A DNA stretch of 64,000 bases. Source: an uncultured archaeon (lineage in GTDB: Archaea; Aenigmatarchaeota; Aenigmatarchaeia; CG10238-14; SCSR01). The stretch lies in the NCBI GenBank assembly GCA_964570195.1, contig CAZMWU010000001.1, forward strand, positions 7,433-71,432. Reading direction: 5' to 3'. Within the stretch, counting starts at the first letter, position 1. Each line of letters begins with the position of its first letter. Made by a program: the position numbers and the translations under genes. Below the pieces are notes generated by a model. That model did not search any database and was not told the DNA's origin. It was given only the letters and a program-made list of their open reading frames with translations. Below are positions 19,989 through 30,172 of this stretch, piece after piece.

Positions 19989-21005
19989 TCATATGAAATG
20001 AAAATAAATAAGATAAAACCCGATGAGTGATACAACTATTTGCATTAAAATCAGAGTTAATGTGATTTGTTTCTCAGTCAACGTCTTTATGTTCATGATT
20101 AAATGTGTTATACTGTAGATTTTTTTACCATATGGTGCATAAAGTTTTCCATCCGATTTTAATAACCCTAAACTACTAGCTTTAAATTTGGATTTCATTT
20201 TTAAGAGAAATTCTACGATGAAAGGCGTAATTAGAATGATACCAAGTTTTTCCATATTACCCGCGATTACTCCACCAGCAACTAACGCCCCAAGAAGATA
20301 AGTTAATGAGTCACCTGGCAAGATTTTTGCTGGATACCAGTTGTATATTATAAACCCAATCAAAGATACAGCAGCAACTAAAAATAGAATAGCTATATTA
20401 CTTTGATTTAAAAAGGCAAAAATGCCAAGTGTCAGCATGTAAACTATTCCCATACCAGATTCCGATCCATTAAATCCCCCCAACATATTGATAGCATTGC
20501 TTGCGCCGATAAACCCAATAGGTATCAACAACAAGGGGTACAATATACCGAAATCAATGATTCCAAAAAATGGCAAATTTACTGTTGAATCACCTACGCT
20601 AATTACCATTAACGGTATGGCTGCAGGTAAAGTGAGCAGTGGTTTAAGCCATTGAGGAAGTCCAACACGAATATCTCTTTTTTTCGATTCGTATCGTATT
20701 ACATTCAAATCATCAAGCAGACCAATTAATGTGACTATCAGAACAGACGACATTATTGCAAATAAATACAAAATAGCGTTTGATATTCCCACCAAAAAAG
20801 TTGTTAAGCCGATGTAAGTTAAAAGACCTCCTAAAATACCAGAAGATACAGCTAACCCCCCAGAAGATGGTAATATTGGTTTATTTTTTTTATGTTGATC
20901 TATACCTACTACACCAGTTCTACGTAAAAATTTAATTAGGAATGGAATAGCAAAGAAGGTTGTAAAAAAGGAAACGATTAAAGAACTTAAAACAATTAAA
21001 TCCAT
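19989..21005 (-). CDS. UDP-HexNAc:dolichyl-phosphate HexNAc-1-phosphate transferase (MraY/WecA/AglH family).
   Basis: Polytopic protein with IGLLDDLNV (DDxxD) and NAINMLGGFNG motifs. Confidence 0.75.
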   Translation of the reverse strand: MDLIVLSSLIVSFFTTFFAIPFLIKFLRRTGVVGIDQHKKNKPILPSSGGLAVSSGILGGLLTYIGLTTFLVGISNAILYLFAIMSSVLIVTLIGLLDDLNVIRYESKKRDIRVGLPQWLKPLLTLPAAIPLMVISVGDSTVNLPFFGIIDFGILYPLLLIPIGFIGASNAINMLGGFNGSESGMGIVYMLTLGIFAFLNQSNIAILFLVAAVSLIGFIIYNWYPAKILPGDSLTYLLGALVAGGVIAGNMEKLGIILITPFIVEFLLKMKSKFKASSLGLLKSDGKLYAPYGKKIYSITHLIMNIKTLTEKQITLTLILMQIVVSLIGFYLIYFHFI

Positions 21006-21025
21006 TTAAACAACCAACCCGTTCA

Positions 21026-22636
21026 TTATTGATTATTGTATATAACTTCATAAATTATATTACCGTCGCATCCGCCCTGTTGGATGCACTGTTCCAATGG
21101 AGGTCCATTCTCATAAACTTTTTTGAATATTTCTGGATTATTTTCTAAAAGTCTCACGAAATCAAATGAATAACTTTCTTGTGACGGTTGTTGACTCAGG
21201 CTGAATTTTTGAATAAAAAGATGTGTTATACCATGCATTTCCGACACGTCTCTTATAGATTCAGGATCATTGTTTAGTCGAATATCTGCCCATGCACTAC
21301 TTACGGTTCTTTGACAACTATACGCAGCTCTAGTACCCCAGAACGTCATTAATACAATATTCTCATCAAGATTTTCTTTCACCCAGTTACAAGACTCGAA
21401 AAATAAAGGAGAAAATGTCTTAACCTGTCCCATTACCGCTAACTTGTTAGTAATATTTTGGTAACCGAAAACCAATATTATCATTACAATAACTAAGCCC
21501 AAATATTTCTGATATTTTTGTAAAAGTGTATATAACTCACCCCAATACCGTGAACTTACAATAGCTATTATTGTTGCCCATGGAAGTAGTTGTCTTGCCG
21601 CATCTTCTGACCTTGACCTTATTTGGTACATTGCAATTAACCCAAGAATTAACATTACTATTAAAATCGGGGTAACCTTATCACGTTTCTTAATAAGTAT
21701 AATCAACCCACCAATAAGTCCTATAAGAATAAGCCATATGTTACCATATGTGAAAATTATAAAGTTCTGAAGTCCAAACCTTAGTAAGTCTAGTTCTGTG
21801 CCACCAGCTAAAGTTCTAGTTTCAAATTTATATTTTTCTTCAAAATTTCTGATTTCGCAACCACTTTCATCAAATAGAGGCAATTGTTGGCATTGGGGTG
21901 TCCCATAATAGTACAAATTTCTCAAAAAAAATGGCGCCGAAACAATTAAAACAATCGTACCATAGATTAGATAATTTTTAAGGCTATCACGAAATCTTTT
22001 TTCTTTGAATGAAGTATATAAAAACATTGCAGCTAAGAATGCAAAGATCATTATACCTGCATGTTTAGTTAATATTGCAAGACCAGCAAACAAAGCTGAT
22101 AGCACAAAATATTTTCTATTTTCCTCCTTTACAGCAATCGAAAAAGTTAAAATAAATAGACTAATATAAAGTACGAATAACATTTCATCGAAAGACAAGA
22201 CAGAATATGTTATGAAAGAAGGGAAAGTAATTAATAAAAGAGTTGCAATTAACCCAACTTCCCGATTAAATAATTTTTTTGCCGTTAAAAATACAGAAAT
22301 TCCAATTAAAGAGGCTATAAATGGTGGAAATAGTTTGAAAATAATTTCATGTGTTCCCAGAACGAAAAGGAACCCTGCCTCTAAAATATTAAACAATGGT
22401 GGTCTGGCGTAGTGTGCTTTGTAAACTTTTGTAACTCCGAATGGAACCCACTGAGGATATTCTACATTTCCAGCTATGTACCTAGCTATTTCAGCGTGAA
22501 AACCCTCATCACCAAAAGTTATATTCGTTTTAAGAGAAACATTAGCCTCCAGAATAAAAAGCAATCCGATTAAAATCAACAATAACAAAAACAAATATTG
22601 CGAGGTTAGTCCAATTTTCGTTTTATCACCCATCAA
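21026..22636 (-). CDS. GT-C-fold glycosyltransferase (GT39/ArnT/PMT-like, dolichyl-phosphate-sugar dependent).
   Basis: 536 aa; N-terminal TM helix followed by a loop containing DEGFHAE (a DE-type motif); about 11 TM helices and a C-terminal soluble domain. Confidence 0.55.
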   Translation of the reverse strand: MMGDKTKIGLTSQYLFLLLLILIGLLFILEANVSLKTNITFGDEGFHAEIARYIAGNVEYPQWVPFGVTKVYKAHYARPPLFNILEAGFLFVLGTHEIIFKLFPPFIASLIGISVFLTAKKLFNREVGLIATLLLITFPSFITYSVLSFDEMLFVLYISLFILTFSIAVKEENRKYFVLSALFAGLAILTKHAGIMIFAFLAAMFLYTSFKEKRFRDSLKNYLIYGTIVLIVSAPFFLRNLYYYGTPQCQQLPLFDESGCEIRNFEEKYKFETRTLAGGTELDLLRFGLQNFIIFTYGNIWLILIGLIGGLIILIKKRDKVTPILIVMLILGLIAMYQIRSRSEDAARQLLPWATIIAIVSSRYWGELYTLLQKYQKYLGLVIVMIILVFGYQNITNKLAVMGQVKTFSPLFFESCNWVKENLDENIVLMTFWGTRAAYSCQRTVSSAWADIRLNNDPESIRDVSEMHGITHLFIQKFSLSQQPSQESYSFDFVRLLENNPEIFKKVYENGPPLEQCIQQGGCDGNIIYEVIYNNQ

Positions 22637-23601
22637 GTTATCCCTAATATTCTTTCTTGATGCTTTATGACTTTTTCTAGACCTTCTTTTAACGAGATTT
22701 TTTGTCTCCAGCCCATATTTGTTAAGCGACTTATGTCGGAATAGCGAGTCATTACACCAAAGGGTTTATCTTGTAAAGTTCTAATTTCTGGGTTATATCC
22801 TTTAATTTCACACATTATTTTAGCAGCCTCAATGAAAGAAGTCGGTTTACTAGAACCTATGTTTACGGCTGAACCGTCAGTAATAGTATCAATGACCAGC
22901 ATCATAGCATCTATAACATCAGATATATACACAAAGTCTCTCTTTTGATTTCCCGGACCCCATATAATTAATGGGTCTTCTTTCTTAACAACTCTTTGAG
23001 CGATTGCTGGTATAGGATAACTCGCATCTTGATCATGACCATATCCTGAAAATGGTCTAATAATAGATACATCTAAATTATAGTGCTTGACAAGTAACTT
23101 GCACAGATACTCACCTGTCAGCTTGCTCCACCCATAAGTCATATCGGGCATCTTTAAGTTATCGAAATCTATATGATTTTCCTTAAGATTCAAATAGTCT
23201 TTTTCACCCTGTAATTTTATTGGATATGCAGCACTTGAACTGGCATAAAGAAACTTCCCGACCTTTTCTTTATTTTCTGCTACCCAATTGAGAAAAATAG
23301 AGTCAATCGCTAGATCTGTCGCAACCTTTATAGGATTACCCTCTATAAGTGATCTGCCTCCAACAATAGAAGCCAAGTGAAACACGTATTTGAAAGATGG
23401 GAAATCTGGATTACCTTTGAAAAGTTTTATAACATCTTCATTTATAAACTGGTAATTGTTCCCAGTAAGCCACTCATCCGGGAATTTTCCTACTGACAGA
23501 TCGTCAACTATGTAGACAAAAAAGCCCCTTTCTATAAGCCTGTTAACTAGGTGTCTACCTACAAAGCCACATCCTCCAGTTACTAGTACATTTTCAGTCA
23601 T
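22633..23601 (-). CDS. NAD-dependent sugar epimerase/dehydratase (extended SDR).
   Basis: VLVTGGCGFVGRHL motif; YGWSK catalytic Yx3K. Confidence 0.8.
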   Translation of the reverse strand: MTENVLVTGGCGFVGRHLVNRLIERGFFVYIVDDLSVGKFPDEWLTGNNYQFINEDVIKLFKGNPDFPSFKYVFHLASIVGGRSLIEGNPIKVATDLAIDSIFLNWVAENKEKVGKFLYASSSAAYPIKLQGEKDYLNLKENHIDFDNLKMPDMTYGWSKLTGEYLCKLLVKHYNLDVSIIRPFSGYGHDQDASYPIPAIAQRVVKKEDPLIIWGPGNQKRDFVYISDVIDAMMLVIDTITDGSAVNIGSSKPTSFIEAAKIMCEIKGYNPEIRTLQDKPFGVMTRYSDISRLTNMGWRQKISLKEGLEKVIKHQERILGIT

Positions 23602-23732
23602 ATAGCACTTGTATGAATACTTTATATTAATATTTAAATTTTCACTTCTTTCTCATATATTCACAAATAGGAGTTAGAGAGGCTCCCGTAACAAAAACAA
23701 CGCTTATGCAACATTAGAAAAGTCAAATTATT

Positions 23733-24986
23733 TTGAAATTTAAATCTGTTACTATTACTATAACTTATACTATGAAATGTCAAGTATGCTCAAGTGAGAA
23801 CTTATACAATGTCTTAGATTTGGGGCATCAACCACCAAGTGACGATTTTTTGACAGAAGAGAGATTAAACGAAGAGGAAGTTTTTTATCCATTAAAAGTA
23901 ATTTATTGCGAAGATTGTAAACTCGTCCAACTTAACTATGAAATTGACCCAAATGTTGTTTTTAGAGAAAACTATGTTTACATGTCGTCTTCAAACAAAA
24001 TTTTTATTCAGCACGCACATTCCCTAGTAGATAGGTTAGTACATGAATTCAAGCTAACTGAAAATGATTTTGTAATAGATATAGGATCCAATGACGGTAC
24101 TTTACTCGAGGCGTATAACCCATATAAAATAAAAATTCTTGGTACAGATCCGTCAAGTGTAGCCAAAGTGGCAATTGGAAAGGGTATTCCTACAATAAAC
24201 GCATTCTTCAATGAGGAACTAGCAGAAACAATTATTAAAGAACATGGTAAAGCAAAGATTATTACTGGTCTAAATGTTTTCGCACATGTAAAGGAATTAA
24301 AATCATTACTTAATGGAGTTAATGTGCTTTTAGAAGATTCAGGAACTTTTATAACAGAATCTCATTACCTTTTGGACATGATTGAGAAACTACAATATGA
24401 TGAAATATACCATGAACACTTGAGGTACTATTCCATAGAATCACTTATTAATTTGTTCAAGCGATTTAACATGGACGTATTTCATGCCGAGCGTACTAAT
24501 AATCAGGGCGGATCAATAATTGTATTCGCTTGCAAAAAAGGTCAAAAAAATATATCAGATTCTGTTTCGTCAATTCTTGAAGTTGAAAAAGATTACAATT
24601 TAAATTCTCATAAAACTTTCGACAACTTTAGAGAAAGAGTCAATGAAATTAAAATGAAACTGCGTAACATGTTGTATGAAATCAAAGCGAATGGTAATAT
24701 CATAGTAGGGATTGGAGCACCTGCAAAAGGCACAACTTTATTGAATTTCTGTAAAATCGATTCAAATATCCTTGACTATTTAGTGGAGACCAACCAATTT
24801 AAAGTTGGTAAATATTCACCAGGTATGCATATCAAAATCCTAGATGAGTCCACCTTAATAAAAGACCAACCTGAATATGCGTTAATGTTACCATGGAATA
24901 TTAAGGACAATATAATACCTAAATTACGCGAGAAAGGTTATATCGGAAAAATAATTATACCAAATCCCGAACCTACTATTGAGTAA
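23733..24986 (+). CDS. Sugar C-methyltransferase family protein. It has an N-terminal Zn ribbon, a class I SAM methyltransferase domain and a C-methyltransferase C-terminal domain.
   Basis: CQVCSSENLY...CEDC zinc-binding N-terminus; VIDIGSNDG motif I; about 415 aa, typical of the TylC3/NovU-type family. Confidence 0.65.
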   Translation: MKFKSVTITITYTMKCQVCSSENLYNVLDLGHQPPSDDFLTEERLNEEEVFYPLKVIYCEDCKLVQLNYEIDPNVVFRENYVYMSSSNKIFIQHAHSLVDRLVHEFKLTENDFVIDIGSNDGTLLEAYNPYKIKILGTDPSSVAKVAIGKGIPTINAFFNEELAETIIKEHGKAKIITGLNVFAHVKELKSLLNGVNVLLEDSGTFITESHYLLDMIEKLQYDEIYHEHLRYYSIESLINLFKRFNMDVFHAERTNNQGGSIIVFACKKGQKNISDSVSSILEVEKDYNLNSHKTFDNFRERVNEIKMKLRNMLYEIKANGNIIVGIGAPAKGTTLLNFCKIDSNILDYLVETNQFKVGKYSPGMHIKILDESTLIKDQPEYALMLPWNIKDNIIPKLREKGYIGKIIIPNPEPTIE

Positions 24987-24990
24987 AACT

Positions 24991-25806
24991 TTATAATGTT
25001 TTTTTATAAGCAATCCAATATAGCTTATCTATATTTTCTATTTCATAATTATACTTTTCAAGTATAGCTTCGCACTTTTTAACATGTTCTTCATCCCACG
25101 CCTCAAAAATTATTTTTGCATTACCCTCCTTTAAAACATTTTCCATCCCTTCCAATACCTGAGGTTCAGCACCCTCCACATCAATTTTAATAAAATCAAA
25201 GTTCTTTATCTTTAGTTCTTCTGCTATATTATCTACAGTATCGGCGTTAACTTTTATGTAGTTGTTTGAGACTTTAACAGAAGATGCTAGAACAGGTTGA
25301 TTTTCATGTGAAAAGAGTTTTAATGGTTCTTTTTTATTCCAGGCTGCGACTTTGATCGGAATAACATTTTCACACTTATTGAGTTTCATATTTTTAATTA
25401 AAATGTCAAAATTTTTGGGATGTGGTTCAATTGAGACTACCATGCCTTCTTTCCTGATTTGATTACTTATCATAACAGTATACTTTCCTACATTTGCACC
25501 TATGTCTAAAAACATTCCTTTATTGATTGATTTGAAGTATTTTCTTAGATTGGATTCAAATCGTTCCGAAATTATATCCAAGTTAACATTATCCTTACAA
25601 AAGAAAAGTCCGTCTGAGTTTTTAACAATAAATCCAGAAAAGAACAAACTAGGATGCACTATTAATTTTTTTGCAATAATGAAACTTACACGATTTATAG
25701 GATATAATAGTAAGAATAAAAAATTATGTAAAAATATCTTTACCTTGTCTTTTAGCATATAGCCATCTTTAAAGCGTGTAATAAAAATATAAAATCGTTT
25801 TAACAT
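24991..25806 (-). CDS. FkbM-family methyltransferase.
   Basis: FLDIGANVGKYT motif. Confidence 0.65.
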   Translation of the reverse strand: MLKRFYIFITRFKDGYMLKDKVKIFLHNFLFLLLYPINRVSFIIAKKLIVHPSLFFSGFIVKNSDGLFFCKDNVNLDIISERFESNLRKYFKSINKGMFLDIGANVGKYTVMISNQIRKEGMVVSIEPHPKNFDILIKNMKLNKCENVIPIKVAAWNKKEPLKLFSHENQPVLASSVKVSNNYIKVNADTVDNIAEELKIKNFDFIKIDVEGAEPQVLEGMENVLKEGNAKIIFEAWDEEHVKKCEAILEKYNYEIENIDKLYWIAYKKTL

Positions 25807-25810
25807 TCTA

Positions 25811-26548
25811 TCACTCAGGTCTATCGATTGAGGTTATTTCACCATTTTTAACTGATACACTACCACCATTCGGTACATTTAATTTCCCTGTCAAAATATC
25901 TCTCACAATATTAGCAATAACTTCAGGTGATTGTTGACTTTCAGCATCATTAAAAAGTTCATCTCTCATCCGTGTGTTCACACCAGCAGGACATATTGAA
26001 ACACAAGATACGTTGGTATTTAATTCCTTTACCTCTTTTCCAATGGCTGCAGTCAAACCCTGTAATGCAAATTTACTTGCAGAATAAATAGGCAGTATAG
26101 GATTGCTTTTTTTACCTGCACCTGAAGACATGTTTATAATTATCCCGCTGTCTTGCTTTTTCATTACAGGCAGAATTTCCCTGACAAAATAAAATATAGA
26201 ATCGACATTGGTTTTGAAAATATTTTCATATTCCTCGTCTGTCACATCTTCAATGTATTTTGTCTTGTTCGTCCAACCGGCACTATTTACTAGTATATCT
26301 ATCCTACCATATGTGGTTATAATATCATCTAAAAATTTCTCTATCTGTTTCTTTTCTTTTACATCAACCACATAATATTCGCATTTACCATTATCGGATA
26401 TAATCGCTTTACAGACACCCTTCAAATTGTCTTCGTTCCGAGCACATATAATAACCTGAGCACCTTCCTTAGCCAATACTTCCGCTATGGATTTGCCAAT
26501 ACCTGTGCTACCTCCTGTTATTATAGCGATTTTTTGCTCTAGTTTCAT
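25811..26548 (-). CDS. Short-chain dehydrogenase/reductase (SDR).
   Basis: TGGSTGIGKS cofactor motif; YSASK catalytic motif. Confidence 0.85.
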   Translation of the reverse strand: MKLEQKIAIITGGSTGIGKSIAEVLAKEGAQVIICARNEDNLKGVCKAIISDNGKCEYYVVDVKEKKQIEKFLDDIITTYGRIDILVNSAGWTNKTKYIEDVTDEEYENIFKTNVDSIFYFVREILPVMKKQDSGIIINMSSGAGKKSNPILPIYSASKFALQGLTAAIGKEVKELNTNVSCVSICPAGVNTRMRDELFNDAESQQSPEVIANIVRDILTGKLNVPNGGSVSVKNGEITSIDRPE

Positions 26549-26608
26549 GTAAATCTACAATTACTATATAAATATAAAATTAATTGTTACAATAATTAGA
26601 GGCATTAC

Positions 26609-26992
26609 ATGTATAAAACAACAAAAATTTCACCAGTCTTTACCGATGAAAGAGGTACTATTAGTGATATACTTGAAACCACAATAAATCATATAGGTCT
26701 GATAACTTCGAAAAAAGGATCTATTAGAGGTAAACATTACCATAAAAAATCTACACAATACATCTTTGTTATTAGCGGAAAATTAGAGTCTTTTACAAAA
26801 GATATGAATGTAGAAAATTCGAAGGTAGAATCACATATACTGGTTCCAGGTGATTTGGAAACAGTATCGCCAATGTTAGCTCACGCCCATAAGGCGCTTG
26901 AAGATTCAGTTTTTCTTAACTTCACTACAGAATCACGAAAAGAGAGTGGTTATGAAGACGATACAATTAGAGTAGAGATGAATTTAGAATGA
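26609..26992 (+). CDS. Small cupin-fold protein (FdtA/WxcM-like sugar 3,4-ketoisomerase or RmlC-like epimerase candidate).
   Basis: 127 aa; GKHYHKK...YIFVISG cupin motif; ATGA-coupled to the downstream epimerase/dehydratase. Confidence 0.4.
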   Translation: MYKTTKISPVFTDERGTISDILETTINHIGLITSKKGSIRGKHYHKKSTQYIFVISGKLESFTKDMNVENSKVESHILVPGDLETVSPMLAHAHKALEDSVFLNFTTESRKESGYEDDTIRVEMNLE

Positions 26993-27924
26993 ACTGGGAA
27001 GGTAAAAAAGTAGTTGTAACCGGCGGCGCTGGGTTTGTAGGTTCTCATCTGGCTGAGAAGTTAGTTAATTTAGGGGCCGATGTGACGATAGCAGATATGA
27101 TAGCTAAATCAACCACTATTAACCTTGAGGAGATTAAGAACAGAATAAAAATAGTCGATATAGATATATCAAAAAAAGATGATTTTAATAAACTTGAAAA
27201 TGATCAAGACTATTTATTTCATTTGGGAGCCGTTAGTCAACCTCGTACATGTCAAGAAAACCCTGAACTAGCCTTTAATGTTAACGTTGTAGGAACCTTA
27301 AACACATTAAACTTCGCCACAAAAAGTAATGTTAAAAAATTCATTTTTTCTTCTTCTGTACTTCTTTATGGAACACCAAAATATCTCCCGATAGACGAGA
27401 ACCATCCTTTGGATTTGTCGAATAATTTTTATAGCTTGACCAAAAAAATAGGAGAAGACCTTTGCGACTATTATAGTACTGTAAAGAACTTACCGGCAAT
27501 TTATTTAAGATTTTCTAATATGTTCGGTCCCAAACAAGCTTCAGACTATATAATACCAACCATAATTATTCAAGCTATCAAGGATAAAAAGATAGAGGTT
27601 TGGAACGATCAATTTGTAAGAGATTTTACATTCATTTCAGATACGATAGACGCACTTATCACATCTGTGGAAAGTGACTTTATAGGAGGTCCTGTCAACA
27701 TAAGTTCTGGTAGCAAGATAAAGATAGCTGAAGTAGCTACTAATATAGCCGGTTATACGAACGCCACAATAAGTTCATTAAATAAAAGCCTATCTTCACC
27801 TCTAATTTTACATTGTGCTAATGATTTGGCGAAAAAGACATTAGGATGGTCTCCAAATGTGTCTTTCGAAGAAGGTTTGAAAGCAACCTTTGATTGGTAT
27901 AAAAATAATTTGCACAGATTTTAA
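26989..27924 (+). CDS. NAD-dependent sugar epimerase/dehydratase (extended SDR).
   Basis: VVVTGGAGFVGSHL motif; YSLTK Yx3K. Confidence 0.8.
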   Translation: MNWEGKKVVVTGGAGFVGSHLAEKLVNLGADVTIADMIAKSTTINLEEIKNRIKIVDIDISKKDDFNKLENDQDYLFHLGAVSQPRTCQENPELAFNVNVVGTLNTLNFATKSNVKKFIFSSSVLLYGTPKYLPIDENHPLDLSNNFYSLTKKIGEDLCDYYSTVKNLPAIYLRFSNMFGPKQASDYIIPTIIIQAIKDKKIEVWNDQFVRDFTFISDTIDALITSVESDFIGGPVNISSGSKIKIAEVATNIAGYTNATISSLNKSLSSPLILHCANDLAKKTLGWSPNVSFEEGLKATFDWYKNNLHRF

Positions 27925-27953
27925 TTAATTTAATCCAACATCAAATAAGCTGT

Positions 27954-29066
27954 TCATAATTTCGAGTCTGGTATTGTGGAATGATTATAGGTTCTGGCAA
28001 CGTCTTCGTACACCCTTAAATGATGTTCTGCCACAGCTTTCCAATTCGCTAATTCTCTAAATTTATTTATTCCAGGAATATACGAATGATAGTTTTTAAA
28101 TATCTCTTTTATACCCTCAGCTATTTGTTCAGGGTTTTTGGTCTCAACTACAACACCACAGTTGAATTCTTCTACCGTTTCACTTATAGGTCCGGTTCTT
28201 GTAACAACTACAGGTATCCTGTATGCGAATGCTTCATTCAATGCTGCAGATTGGTATGGTGCCCATAGATAAGGTAGAACGACAATATCCGCTTTCCTAT
28301 ATAACTCGGACTTTTCCTCTTCGGTTATCCAACCAAACTCAAGTGTAATGTTCTTCAAGTCGTTTTTTCTAATTTCATTCTCAAGCATCCTTACATATGA
28401 TGGATTTATTACTAGTCCTTTTATGAAGAGTTTAAAATCTGGAAGCAACTTCATTGCCTTTATCAAATATTCCAATCCCTTTTCTGGAGCTATTGCACCT
28501 TGAAATAGTATGTTTTTACCCCCTTGTTTTTCAATATCAACAGGGTTCAGTCCATAATAAATCCATTCAGCATCAATCCCACTCTTTAATAAGATCTTTC
28601 TATGAGCCTTGGCGTATACAATTATCTTAGTAGCCCTTTTAATCACCATTTTTTCGAACCATTTAACTATGATGTCTTTAATATTTCTGGATGATGTGTG
28701 CAATTCATTTAACGTCACAACTACAGGGATACCGAGATTTAGTGCATTTATGAGTCTCATGTTCGCAATCAAAGTTTTGAAATATGCAAGAGGTTTGAAT
28801 ATACTTTTTTGATCCAAATGTCTACCACTAGCTATATATTGGACGTGTAAGACATCTATGTTTTCTTTTTTTATTATACCAGCAATATCTTTCATGAAAT
28901 TCTTCGTTAATGCGACTTTGTAATTGCATTCCGAATTTCCTAAACCAATTTTTACTATTTCACATTTTCCTTTCAGATTTTCTGTAATATTTTCTAAAAA
29001 AAGTACAATCCCTCCTTGTTCTGGCGGAAATCTGCCAAAAAAACCCACTTTAATCATATTTTTCAC
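27954..29066 (-). CDS. GT4-family glycosyltransferase.
   Basis: 370 aa GT-B fold with an ExxxxxxxE-type C-terminal region. Confidence 0.65.
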   Translation of the reverse strand: MKNMIKVGFFGRFPPEQGGIVLFLENITENLKGKCEIVKIGLGNSECNYKVALTKNFMKDIAGIIKKENIDVLHVQYIASGRHLDQKSIFKPLAYFKTLIANMRLINALNLGIPVVVTLNELHTSSRNIKDIIVKWFEKMVIKRATKIIVYAKAHRKILLKSGIDAEWIYYGLNPVDIEKQGGKNILFQGAIAPEKGLEYLIKAMKLLPDFKLFIKGLVINPSYVRMLENEIRKNDLKNITLEFGWITEEEKSELYRKADIVVLPYLWAPYQSAALNEAFAYRIPVVVTRTGPISETVEEFNCGVVVETKNPEQIAEGIKEIFKNYHSYIPGINKFRELANWKAVAEHHLRVYEDVARTYNHSTIPDSKL

Positions 29067-29092
29067 ACGCAGGTTTTATATGCACAAAATAG

Positions 29093-29971
29093 TTATTTCT
29101 CCTCATCGAGAAAATGTTTATAATAATCCTTTTTAGTGCTTCTTATAATTTCACAATCTATCAAGGCCTTCTCCAAAACAGCCTTCATACCATTTTCAAT
29201 GAAAAGAGGATCAAAGTCATTTAAATAACAATACGCTACAAACATTTCTCTCGCAAAGAAATTATTAAACCATGCGTGTATAGTCGATGAAATTAATTTG
29301 TTTATAGCAATCTTCTTATCCAACTTTTCCACACCAGTTCCCCATTCTAGGAAATATGTTTTCTCAAGATTGGCAGTCTTTTCTACTTTCAACATTTTTG
29401 ATAAATCAATTCTCAAATTTGGATCGACGTACAGATAAAGTGGCGGCAATTTAGAAATGATGTATTTTGCAAATAGTTTTGCTTTGTTCATCGGAGATAG
29501 TCTTAGATTTTCGACATTTTTTGAATGAAAATAGATACCAGCCTTTTCTGGAAAAGAAAATATACGGCCGTTTTTTGCTAAAATTACTGTATCATCCCCC
29601 AAAACGCCGAAATTTCTTCTAGCCAAACCGAATACTGTCGACGATTTTCCCATTTCAGACCAAGCAGATATCAAAAATCCTTTACCGTTTTTCGTTATGC
29701 CACCAGAATGTATTAATGTGCAACCCTTTTCCAAAAGTTTAATTTCAAGAAGAATGTCTATTATTACAGCTATGCCGAAAAAACTTCGTGTGAATTTTGT
29801 GAAATAAAATTTCGTCTTCTTCTTTTTCAAATCCTTAATCAAAATTTTTTGCACTGATCTGCCGTAAGCTGTGTAGTCAAGAAATAATGTGTCATTTCCC
29901 CCCCGAAATTTCAGACCCAGCTTGTCGTACTTGTCTTCATCAAAATCGATATCGGTTTCTCTTATTTCCAA
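29093..29971 (-). CDS. HPr-kinase C-terminal-domain-like P-loop protein (hypothetical kinase/phosphotransferase). TTG start; the open frame continues about 120 nt upstream without ATG or GTG.
   Basis: LIHSGGITKNGKGFLISAWSEMGKSST matches the HprK-type P-loop region (H-x-S/A...GxSGxGKS). Confidence 0.4.
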   Translation of the reverse strand: MEIRETDIDFDEDKYDKLGLKFRGGNDTLFLDYTAYGRSVQKILIKDLKKKKTKFYFTKFTRSFFGIAVIIDILLEIKLLEKGCTLIHSGGITKNGKGFLISAWSEMGKSSTVFGLARRNFGVLGDDTVILAKNGRIFSFPEKAGIYFHSKNVENLRLSPMNKAKLFAKYIISKLPPLYLYVDPNLRIDLSKMLKVEKTANLEKTYFLEWGTGVEKLDKKIAINKLISSTIHAWFNNFFAREMFVAYCYLNDFDPLFIENGMKAVLEKALIDCEIIRSTKKDYYKHFLDEEK

Positions 29972-30172
29972 ATCTATGCTCTTAGGTTTACCTATGAAAT
30001 ATTCAGGTAAGATGTCGACGTTCGAATCTATGCCGACAATATCGTGAATGTTGTAAATTGGTATTTTATCACCGCTTCTCCAAAGATGAATTTAATTTAT
30101 CGGTTTTTATTGTTATCTTAACATTAAGATGGCTATTTAAAAGTTACCATTGTAATATAACCAAGTGATCCT

